Shown piece by piece: positions 56,460-64,000 of a DNA stretch of 64,000 bases (the stretch's first letter is position 1; each line of letters starts with the position of its first letter). The DNA is from Candidatus Collierbacteria bacterium GW2011_GWC2_44_18 (GTDB lineage: Bacteria > Patescibacteriota > Microgenomatia > UBA1400 > MFAQ01), in assembly GCA_001000865.1 (NCBI GenBank), contig LCIE01000002.1, forward strand, positions 32,992-96,991. Direction: 5' to 3'. The position numbers and the translations under genes were made by a program. The notes under the pieces were generated by a model. The model made no database searches and was not told the origin of the DNA. It saw nothing but the letters and a program-made list of their open reading frames with translations.

Positions 56460-58043
56460 ATGTCTATACTCTCAATTTTCCGTTCAAACATTTTCAAGAA
56501 TCTTTCAGGCTCCGAAAAAAGCAAGTCAGTCTCTTCAGCTCCTGTAGGGGCGATTCATGAATCGCCCGCAAAGGCAGCACCGCCAACGGTCTCTGTCCCC
56601 GTCGTCTCCACTCCTACAGTCGATACGGCTGCTATTATCGCCGCCGCCCAAGCTACAGCTCAGTCTCAGGCCAGAGAAATAATTATCTCCGCCAAAGACG
56701 AGGCCTTCAAAATAAAAGACCAAGCCATCAAGGATGCTCGAATTCAGCTGGAGGAAATCGAGGTTAGAGCCAAAAACCTGGCTCAAAAGCAACAAAGTAC
56801 TGCCACCATTGAAGAACAATTAAAACGGGAGAAAACAAATCTGGATCTCCAGACAACTCAAATTGAAGAGCTGAAGGCAAAAATTGTTTCTCAAGCCGAT
56901 TCAATGGTTGAAAAGCTCGAAAAAATTGCCTCATTAACCACCGAACAAGCCAAGAAGGAGCTTATTGCACAAGTTGAGAAACGTTCTGCCGTTGAAGCAA
57001 CAAGAGCCATAAAAGAAGCCGAGGAAAAAGCCAAGATCGAGGCAGAGGATCTCGCCAGGGAAATACTTGTCGATGCCATGAAGGCCGGTGCCACAGACTA
57101 TGTCGCCGAGTATACGATCTCTACTGTTCCAATTCCTGATGAAGAAACCAAAGGTCGAATTATCGGTAAAGACGGTCGCAATATTCGGATTTTCGAAAAA
57201 GTATCAGGATGTGATGTCTCTATGGACGACGGTCCCGATGAAGTCAAGTTGAGTAGTTTTGATCCTGTCCGTCGAGAAATTGCCCGTCTCACTTTAATTC
57301 ATTTAATCAAAGACGGTCGTATTCACCCGGCTCGTATCGAAGAATACTTTGAGAGATCAAAGAGAGACGTCGAACAGATAATGTTCCTGGAAGGCCAGAA
57401 GCTTTGCCACGCTGTCGGTGTTTACAACATGAATCGAGAGATCATTACCATGCTTGGCCGTTTCAAATTCCGCACCTCCTATGGTCAAAACATGATCAGT
57501 CATACTTTAGAAGAGACAAGAATTGGAATCAAAATAGCCAATGAAATTGGTGCCAATGTAGATATCGTTAGAATGGGTTGTTTGCTTCACGATATCGGCA
57601 AGATAATTGAAGGAGAGGGCAATCATGTGGAGCTTGGTGTTCAATACCTTAAGAAGTTCAATATTCCTCAAACCATTCTTGATTGTGTCGCCCAGCATCA
57701 TGAGGATGAGGAATTTAGTTCTAATGAATCGGTCATTGTCTATATCGCCGACGCCATCTCCGGTTCCAGACCGGGAGCTCGCCATGAGAATACCGAAGAG
57801 TACGGTAAGCGGATTAAGCATTTGGAGGAAATCGCTCGAAAGCATCCGGAAGTTGACGACGCCTACGCCATCTCCGCCGGGAGAGAAATCAGGGTTATTG
57901 TAAATCCAAGTAAAGCAGGTGATGAACAGTTATCTGTTATTGCACAAGCCATTCGCGATGAAATCAGAGACACCATGACTTTCCCCGGAACTGTCAAGGT
58001 TAATTGTATTCGCGAAACGCGCGCCTCGGAAATCGCATCGTAA
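56460..58043 (+). CDS. rny: ribonuclease Y
   Basis: Coiled-coil region, KH domain (GRIIGKDGRNIR) and HD domain (HDIGK...HHED). Confidence 0.88.
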   Translation: MSILSIFRSNIFKNLSGSEKSKSVSSAPVGAIHESPAKAAPPTVSVPVVSTPTVDTAAIIAAAQATAQSQAREIIISAKDEAFKIKDQAIKDARIQLEEIEVRAKNLAQKQQSTATIEEQLKREKTNLDLQTTQIEELKAKIVSQADSMVEKLEKIASLTTEQAKKELIAQVEKRSAVEATRAIKEAEEKAKIEAEDLAREILVDAMKAGATDYVAEYTISTVPIPDEETKGRIIGKDGRNIRIFEKVSGCDVSMDDGPDEVKLSSFDPVRREIARLTLIHLIKDGRIHPARIEEYFERSKRDVEQIMFLEGQKLCHAVGVYNMNREIITMLGRFKFRTSYGQNMISHTLEETRIGIKIANEIGANVDIVRMGCLLHDIGKIIEGEGNHVELGVQYLKKFNIPQTILDCVAQHHEDEEFSSNESVIVYIADAISGSRPGARHENTEEYGKRIKHLEEIARKHPEVDDAYAISAGREIRVIVNPSKAGDEQLSVIAQAIRDEIRDTMTFPGTVKVNCIRETRASEIAS

Positions 58044-58058
58044 ACATAAAATATACTG

Positions 58059-58415
58059 ATGAAAAACAACCATTTCTCCTACATAGAATTACAATCGACC
58101 AATATTGGGGAAACAAAGAAGTTCTATTCAGCAGCTTTTAATTGGGTTTTTACGGATTATGGTCCAGATTACGCATCATTTTCCAATAGTGGTGTCGACG
58201 GTGGTTTTGCGAAAGTAAACTCCATAACCGGAAGCGGAACACTATTAGTTCTTTATCACAAAGATCTGGGTTTAATCAGAAAACAAATAATTGATTGTGG
58301 AGGAAAAATTGTCAAAGATATCTTTGCTTTTCCTGGTGGCAAGCGTTTTCACTTTACCGATCCAAGTGGAAATGAGCTAGCTGTTTGGTCAGAATCACAA
58401 GAAGGTGAGATCTGA
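58059..58415 (+). CDS. VOC/glyoxalase-family protein
   Basis: 118 aa, beta-alpha-beta-beta-beta module pattern. Confidence 0.6.
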   Translation: MKNNHFSYIELQSTNIGETKKFYSAAFNWVFTDYGPDYASFSNSGVDGGFAKVNSITGSGTLLVLYHKDLGLIRKQIIDCGGKIVKDIFAFPGGKRFHFTDPSGNELAVWSESQEGEI

Positions 58416-58517
58416 GTACTGATATTGGGGTCTTGTGTCGAGACTTGCATATCTTGACACATTAGTGCTATCATCAATCCACAATTATCATTGATACTGC
58501 CCAATTAATTAAGAGAT

Positions 58518-58793
58518 ATGACCAAACAAACTCTCGTCAACATTGTTAGTAAAAAAGTCCATTTAACCAAAAAAGCCGTCAAAGAAACGGTAGATACCTT
58601 TTTTGAAGAGTCCATTGCTGCACTTGGGAAAGGTGAAAAAGTCGTAATTTCCGGATTCGGAACTTTCTACATTGGCAAGGTCGAGGATAAACAGGTTGTC
58701 CCCTTTGGGAATGAATCTAAGAGGCAAGTAGTCAAAGGACACAAAGTTATCAACTTTCATGTTGGTAAGCCTTTGAAGAAAAAAGTTGCCTAA
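58518..58793 (+). CDS. hup: DNA-binding protein HU
   Basis: HU/IHF fold (GFGTF...R...GRNP-like arm). 91 aa. Confidence 0.88.
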   Translation: MTKQTLVNIVSKKVHLTKKAVKETVDTFFEESIAALGKGEKVVISGFGTFYIGKVEDKQVVPFGNESKRQVVKGHKVINFHVGKPLKKKVA

Positions 58794-59938
58794 TGCCGTC
58801 AGTCTTCATCAACACTTTTGGTTGCCAGGCGAACAAGTCCGACTCCGAGCGTATACTTGGGGACTATCTCTCACGCGGGTACGTCGAAGTTGACAATTGG
58901 AGACTTGCCGACGAAATCGTCATCAACACTTGTTCTGTCCGTCAGTCAGCCGAAGATCGCGTTACCGGATTCCTTTTGAATGTGGACAAGTTTTTCGCTG
59001 GGAGTCAGAGACCAAAAATAATTCTCACCGGCTGCATGCTCCATTTCAATGAAAAAGAAATAAGGACCCTTCTGCCCCAGATCGACGAAATTCTACCTAT
59101 TGGCGAAGTCGGGTTCAATCAAAAGGCGATCAGAAAAGAAAAGGACAAGGCTTTTATTCCCATTTCCTCTGGCTGTAATTCTTTTTGCACTTTTTGTATT
59201 GTGCCATTTTCCCGAGGTCGGGAACGTTCTCGTCCAATTGACGATATAGTTCGGGAAGTTGCAGAGTTATCCAAAGAAGGCTATACCGAAATCACCCTGT
59301 TGGGTCAAAACGTGAATTCTTGGGGCTTGGAAAAAGTCGGCGTGGCCCTCAGGAAGATGTTCATGGACAAAGATACCTTCAACCCCGACATTATTCCTTC
59401 AAACCAGTCTCAATATTTCAAACCACAAGACACTCCACCCTTTGTTACACTACTAAGGGAAATAAGCAAAATTGACGGCATTCAAAAGATTAGTTTTTTT
59501 ACGAGCAACCCTTGGGACTTCTGGGACGAGTTGGTTGATGAAATTTCGGCGAATCCCAAGATAGATAGGTTCATTCATTTACCGGTTCAGTCCGGCAGCA
59601 ATCGGATTCTCAAACTTATGAATAGGGGATACACTCAAGAATCCTACCTCGATTTAATTAATCAGATTAAAGCCAAAATCCCTGATGCGGTTTTTGGCAC
59701 AGATATAATCGTCGGCTTTCCTGGCGAAACGGATAAAGACTTTCAAGATACTCTGAATTTAGTTAAGGAAGTGGGTTTCAAAGTAGCCTTTGTCGCCCGT
59801 TATTCGCCTCGTCCCGGTACGGTTTCCGCCAAACTTTTCCCGGACGATATTCCGGCCAGGATCAAGAAAGAACGCTGGGAAATTTTGGATCAAATTGCCA
59901 ACAAAGACAATCTCAAATCTCGACCCATCGTCCCCTAG
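58793..59938 (+). CDS. miaB: MiaB-family radical SAM methylthiotransferase (short, TRAM domain apparently absent)
   Basis: N-terminal MTTase Cys triad (FGCQANKSD...NTCSV) and radical SAM CNSFCTFC. ATGA overlap with hup. Adjacent to miaA. Confidence 0.75.
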   Translation: MPSVFINTFGCQANKSDSERILGDYLSRGYVEVDNWRLADEIVINTCSVRQSAEDRVTGFLLNVDKFFAGSQRPKIILTGCMLHFNEKEIRTLLPQIDEILPIGEVGFNQKAIRKEKDKAFIPISSGCNSFCTFCIVPFSRGRERSRPIDDIVREVAELSKEGYTEITLLGQNVNSWGLEKVGVALRKMFMDKDTFNPDIIPSNQSQYFKPQDTPPFVTLLREISKIDGIQKISFFTSNPWDFWDELVDEISANPKIDRFIHLPVQSGSNRILKLMNRGYTQESYLDLINQIKAKIPDAVFGTDIIVGFPGETDKDFQDTLNLVKEVGFKVAFVARYSPRPGTVSAKLFPDDIPARIKKERWEILDQIANKDNLKSRPIVP

Positions 59939-59943
59939 TTTCC

Positions 59944-59984
59944 CCGTCATTGCGAGGAGCGGAGCGACGTGGCAATCCATCTGG
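59944..59984. repeat. Family-A palindromic element
   Basis: ccgtcattgcgaggagcggagcgacgtggcaatccatctgg. Confidence 0.8.
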
Positions 59985-60019
59985 AAAATAATAAATAAAT
60001 GTGAAATGTACAATTTAAA

Positions 60020-61117
60020 ATGAAAAATATTTTAGTCATCTGTGGACCAACTGCCTCCGGCAAAACCTCTCTCGCCCTTTCCGTTGCTAAAGAATTAACC
60101 GAACGTCATTCCGGGCTCGGCCCGGCCGCTGGTACCCGAAGGGGTAAATCCACCATTCCGTCATTGCGAGGGCAACCTGCCTGCCGTAGGTCGAAGATAT
60201 CGTGTATTTCACGATCAGGTCTCACTCCATCAGGATCAGTCAACATCCTCTCCGCCGACTCCAGACAGATATACCAGGGTCTGGACATCGTCACCGGCAA
60301 GGACATTCCTGCAGATCTCCCTCCAAACATTAGTTTTTTTGGTTTGGATTTGGTCGAGCCAAACCAAGCCTACAATCTCGCGGACTTCGTCAGTTATTCA
60401 CAGAAAATTATTCAAAGCTCCATTAAAGAGAATGTCCCCTTAATCATTGTTGGGGGAACCGGTTTGTATCTGAAAGCTATTACTTCAGATCTTCTCAACG
60501 TCCACGTTCCTCCGAATATTGATCTTCGTCGTGATCTAGAGAGGTTAGACCTTAAGACTTTGCAGTCTCGTCTCTTGGAATTAAATCCCAATAAACTCGC
60601 CTCCCTAAACAACTCAGATCTCCACAATCCCCGCCGTCTCATCCGCGCCATCGAAATATCATCGTCATTGCGCGATTCGACTTCCATAGATACCCCTTTA
60701 GAGGGTACGAACCAAAGCAATCCATCCTCTCTGGATCGCCACGCTTCGCTCACGATGACAGATATTTCTTTTCTCTGGATCGGACTACATCAAGACAAAG
60801 AGATTCAAAAGGCAAAAATTCGCCAAAGGGTTTTAGATCGTCTAGACTACGGCGCCATTGAAGAGGTTGAAAACTTGATGATAAAGTATCCCAACCACCG
60901 CCCCCCCATTTTTACCAGTCTTGGTGTCCAAGAAACCAGCAAGTTCTTGCACCAAGAAATCACTCGAGAAACACTTATCCATTTATGGACTGCCTCCGAA
61001 ATAGCTTATGCCCGGAGACAGATGGTCTGGTTCAAGAAACAACCCGGTATAGTTTGGTATGATAAAAGTACGATAGACAGCCACCTAATCGCTAAGCTGA
61101 CAGAAATATATAAATAA
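60020..61117 (+). CDS. miaA: tRNA dimethylallyltransferase carrying in-frame insertions of four Family-A repeat copies
   Basis: P-loop ICGPTASGKTSLAL, SADSRQIYQGLDIVTGK and RRLIRAIE motifs. Extra segments RHSGLGPAAGTRRGKSTIPSLRGQPACRRSKISCISRSGLTP (60104-60232) and SSLRDSTSIDTPLEGTNQSNPSSLDRHASLTM (60663-60760) are encoded by repeat copies. Confidence 0.85.
   Translation: MKNILVICGPTASGKTSLALSVAKELTERHSGLGPAAGTRRGKSTIPSLRGQPACRRSKISCISRSGLTPSGSVNILSADSRQIYQGLDIVTGKDIPADLPPNISFFGLDLVEPNQAYNLADFVSYSQKIIQSSIKENVPLIIVGGTGLYLKAITSDLLNVHVPPNIDLRRDLERLDLKTLQSRLLELNPNKLASLNNSDLHNPRRLIRAIEISSSLRDSTSIDTPLEGTNQSNPSSLDRHASLTMTDISFLWIGLHQDKEIQKAKIRQRVLDRLDYGAIEEVENLMIKYPNHRPPIFTSLGVQETSKFLHQEITRETLIHLWTASEIAYARRQMVWFKKQPGIVWYDKSTIDSHLIAKLTEIYK
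60104..60232. repeat. two tandem Family-A elements inside miaA, read in-frame
   Basis: gtcattccgggctcggcccggccgctggtacccgaaggggtaaatccacc followed by gtcattgcgagggcaacctgcctgccgtaggtcgaagatatcgtgtatttcacgatcaggtctcactcc. Confidence 0.85.
60663..60760. repeat. two Family-A elements in opposite orientations inside miaA, read in-frame
   Basis: gtcattgcgcgattcgacttcc...ggtacgaaccaaagcaatcc, then the reverse complement of gtcatcgtgagcgaagcgtggcgatccagagagg. Confidence 0.8.
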
Positions 61118-61118
61118 A

Positions 61119-62114
61119 ATGATCAAAAAGAAACACATTGTCTTTGATTTCTCCATTGGCAGTATCTTTTGGGTGCTTTTTTCGCTCGCCGCCGCTTATA
61201 TCCTCATGAAGCTTACCAGTGTCATCGCTCTATTGTTTATTGCCATTCTCATCACCCTAGCGGTTTGTCCTTTGGTGGATCATCTTGAAAAGTACCGAAT
61301 AAACCGAGCTCTTTCCTCGATAGTTATATTACTAGCAACATTTGGAACCATTATTTTTGCCATAGTCTCTCTTGCAGCCCCTCTTTTGGATCAAACCCAG
61401 CTATTTCTTCAAAAGTTGCCGGCGATAATTGACTCCGTTAGTCCGATCAAGTTGGCCGACGGTTCACTAACAGCTCAGTTTGCAAACGTACCCGGGAAGG
61501 TGCTTACCTTTGCGCTGGATACCTTCTCCGCTTTCATTACCGCCTTTACTGTTATCGTTATCAGCTTTTACATGATCCAGGACCTCCACAATTTGGAGAA
61601 GCATCTCAAATTCTGGTTCGGAGACAAAGGTTACCGCTACTTCGTGATTGCTGAGAAATTGGAGATTCAAATTGGTTATTGGGTGAGAGGTGAACTATTG
61701 CTTATGCTGTTGGTTGGTCTTTTAAGTTACTTTGGTTATCTCATCATCGGACTTCCTTTCGCTATCCCCTTGGCCTTTATAGCTGGTATGCTGGAACTCA
61801 TTCCAAATATTGGTCCTACCATAGCTACGATTCCTGCCGTCCTCGTCGGTTTTTCTATCTCCACCGGTCATGGTGTCGCCGCTCTTGTTGTTTCCCTCGT
61901 TGTTCAACAATTGGAGAACAATCTTATTGTTCCGAAGATCATGCAACGGGTGGCTGGACTAAATCCCATCATTACTATCGTCGCCATCATGATTGGCTTC
62001 CAGCTAGGAGGCCCTCTCCTCGCCATCCTGGCTCTGCCCACCGTGCTCAGTGCCCGAGTCATTCTAGGCCACGTCAGGCTGAACAAAGACACCACCATCC
62101 CCGAAATCGACTAA
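61119..62114 (+). CDS. AI-2E family (PerM/UPF0118) transporter
   Basis: 331 aa, 7-8 TM helices in the typical AI-2E arrangement. Confidence 0.7.
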   Translation: MIKKKHIVFDFSIGSIFWVLFSLAAAYILMKLTSVIALLFIAILITLAVCPLVDHLEKYRINRALSSIVILLATFGTIIFAIVSLAAPLLDQTQLFLQKLPAIIDSVSPIKLADGSLTAQFANVPGKVLTFALDTFSAFITAFTVIVISFYMIQDLHNLEKHLKFWFGDKGYRYFVIAEKLEIQIGYWVRGELLLMLLVGLLSYFGYLIIGLPFAIPLAFIAGMLELIPNIGPTIATIPAVLVGFSISTGHGVAALVVSLVVQQLENNLIVPKIMQRVAGLNPIITIVAIMIGFQLGGPLLAILALPTVLSARVILGHVRLNKDTTIPEID

Positions 62115-62150
62115 TCCTCACCCACTCGGCAAGGAATCCCATAACTTAGA

Positions 62151-63686
62151 CTAGAGATCGTCATTACCAAAAGAAACGAGGTCGTCGTTATCAACTCCTA
62201 GTCCATCTGTGTCAGATGATCCCTGATTGAATATTTTTTCGTAGGGTGATAAGTCTTGAGCTTGATAGGTTTTGTTTCTTTGTTCGGACCGCTTCATGAA
62301 TTCATTCCATCTTCTACCTACATTTAACTGATCAGTTTTTAGAACAAAACCTTCAAGCGAAATTCTGGTGGGGATACTATCTCCCGGAACTCTTTCAATT
62401 TCCATATCGGTCGGTATGCTGAACTGCCATCCCATTTCACGATCAATTTGTTTTATCAACTTGCGAGCTTTCCACCTGACGACTTCGATGGGAAAGCGGA
62501 CTTCACTGTCAAAATCAAAAAAAGGATATTCACTATGGGCACGTTCGAGAGTGTCGAACATGTCGTTTTCCCCATCCTTGGTTTGATGCATCTGCTTTAA
62601 TAAATAAAACATGCGCTGAAGGTACTCGGGGAACCGGTCTTTTTTTGACCACCTTTTCGCCAGAAAAAGAGAGTGTGTGCCCAAATCGAAGAGTGAATTC
62701 AGCTGGATATAGTCAAACGACAAAGCTTTTCCTTCTACCACTGCTTTGATGAGTCTCATCATTCCCCTGGGTTTGGCCAAGCTTTCTCCCTGGATAGTCA
62801 TCCTGTCAAAACCATAAATAGCTTTATTGGCGACGTATTCGTTTTCGATTCGGGTGTGGCCGGTGATGGCTGTCGTTAGGGCATTTTGGGAATAATAAAG
62901 CCCTTCTGAGCCGAGACAGACTTGATTTTGAGTGGTATCCCGACCGGCACAATAGCGTGGGAAATTTAATTCATTCTCACCCATATACTCAATACCATCA
63001 ACATCCACCCCGATATTTATAGCCGCCTTTTTGTTTTTTCGACTATTGGCAACTAGGGCATCATAGTCATTCCAAGGGAACTCATTCTCCTGCATAGAAA
63101 AAGGCGCGTGAGCCACAATATCTAAGACTGCTCTGGCAGGACCGCCCTTGTGCCAGACTTTCCTGTTTTTGGGTAAAGGAATTTCCTGCCAATTATCTTG
63201 AGTGGGATGTTTGACACGGAGAATGATACATTCTTCTCCCTTTATTAGTCTATTTTCTGTTTTAAATCTATCAGGCTGGTTTTTTATCATCTCTCCCAAA
63301 GGTAAAAAACATGTTTTTTGGGGAAATTCCTTCTGTTCGAATGAAGCTGCAATTTCCATGGAAAAATTCATAATAATATGGTCGGCCAAAGAGGCAAAAT
63401 CATCTCTTCCACTGGGAGTTAAAATGCTTGCCGATCGTAACTGTTTAAATAAGCCCTCGATTTGGGTTCCAAAATATTCACGTACCTCCAAGTCTGGATA
63501 AACTTGTAATTGTTGCCTGAAGCCAAGTAATAATCTGGCGGTTGCTTTCCACCAGGTGTTTGGCTCGCCCTCTAATATTTGTGGGAATTCGGAAATTTGG
63601 TGTCTGACCAATTCCCTTGATTGCCGTAGTTGTTCAACTCCAGACATAGATTGATTCGTTATTTTACCATTACCCAAAACCAACAA
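62151..63686 (-). CDS. hypothetical soluble protein (511 aa), no recognisable domain
   Basis: Long uninterrupted ORF, acidic C-terminus (DTDGLGVDNDDLVSFGNDDL). Confidence 0.55.
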   Translation of the reverse strand: MLVLGNGKITNQSMSGVEQLRQSRELVRHQISEFPQILEGEPNTWWKATARLLLGFRQQLQVYPDLEVREYFGTQIEGLFKQLRSASILTPSGRDDFASLADHIIMNFSMEIAASFEQKEFPQKTCFLPLGEMIKNQPDRFKTENRLIKGEECIILRVKHPTQDNWQEIPLPKNRKVWHKGGPARAVLDIVAHAPFSMQENEFPWNDYDALVANSRKNKKAAINIGVDVDGIEYMGENELNFPRYCAGRDTTQNQVCLGSEGLYYSQNALTTAITGHTRIENEYVANKAIYGFDRMTIQGESLAKPRGMMRLIKAVVEGKALSFDYIQLNSLFDLGTHSLFLAKRWSKKDRFPEYLQRMFYLLKQMHQTKDGENDMFDTLERAHSEYPFFDFDSEVRFPIEVVRWKARKLIKQIDREMGWQFSIPTDMEIERVPGDSIPTRISLEGFVLKTDQLNVGRRWNEFMKRSEQRNKTYQAQDLSPYEKIFNQGSSDTDGLGVDNDDLVSFGNDDL

Positions 63687-63736
63687 AAGAAAATATAAAG
63701 AGTATACTAATGGTATTAGGTACTTTATAGGATATT

Positions 63737-64000
63737 ATGTTAGTTTTAATCTTACTTTTGGTTGTTGGATCCGGTCTTGTATATATTTCAAAATATAATT
63801 TCACACCCGTCTCGGTTAACTTGGGTGTGTATACACTTTCAAATATTCCGCTTTTTTATGTAATTGTCGGATCGATCGTAATTGGTCTAGTGTTATCATA
63901 TATTGCCTATTTGATTCATTCGATCTCGACCTCCATTAAGCTTCATGGAAAAGATAAGGAGATCAAAAATAGTAAAGATGAGATGCTTGAATCAACAAAG
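63737..64000 (+). CDS. small membrane protein, partial (runs off window end); LapA-like architecture
   Basis: Two TM helices then a polar tail (MLVLILLLVVGSGLVYIS...HSISTSIKLHGKDKEIKNSKD). Confidence 0.4.
   Translation, partial: MLVLILLLVVGSGLVYISKYNFTPVSVNLGVYTLSNIPLFYVIVGSIVIGLVLSYIAYLIHSISTSIKLHGKDKEIKNSKDEMLESTK

Noticed and set aside
58440-58480. Promoter for hup (TTGCAT/TTGACA ... TATCAT)
   Set aside because: Spacing to a credible -10 is either 18 or about 10 nt. Too ambiguous to call.
84-60760. CRISPR array formed by the abundant short repeats
   Set aside because: Copies are dispersed over 60 kb at gene boundaries and in both orientations, with no regular repeat-spacer periodicity and no cas genes.

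Overview
The window reads as a small-genome, CPR-like bacterium. The L30 gene (rpmD) is missing between rpsE and rplO, rpoB and rpoC sit directly upstream of rpsL-rpsG, and many proteins are short (AlaRS 611 aa, MetAP 244 aa). About 35 kb is translation and transcription core. It runs rpoB-rpoC-rpsL-rpsG, then a radical-SAM and aminotransferase island on the opposite strand, then fusA-tuf-rpsJ and a near-complete S10-spc-alpha superoperon through rplQ-rplM-rpsI. Accessory DNA interrupts this core at unusual places. A self-promoted, self-terminated 2-gene cassette plus an M28-like peptidase gene sits between rplO and secY. Two paralogous TIR-like small proteins flank map. An IS5-family insertion sequence sits after rpsI, followed by a decayed IS200/RAYT HUH-transposase remnant and an APH-like kinase. 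Downstream lies a translationally coupled cluster. It starts with rnhB, then a 1752-aa alpha-2-macroglobulin-family protein in which a complete Hint (bacterial intein-like) domain sits exactly at the protease bait-region position, then a MEMO1-like/CapA fusion protein. A Cys-rich secreted protein, tRNA-Pro, recA-recX, rny, a VOC protein, hup, miaB-miaA, an AI-2E transporter and a 511-aa orphan follow. Two families of short palindromic repeats are spread across the window. More than 25 copies of a GTCATTGCGAG...GCAATCCAGAAAA hairpin element occur, several inserted in-frame into CDSs (miaA, rplV tail, the CapA fusion). There are also 5-6 copies of a GTAG-initiated REP-like palindrome, consistent with the RAYT-like remnant. 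Several near-consensus sigma70 promoters (TTGACA-N17-TATAnT) and intrinsic terminators are readable. No rRNA or CRISPR arrays were found. All coordinates and calls are from manual reading and recalled family motifs; no database search was run.
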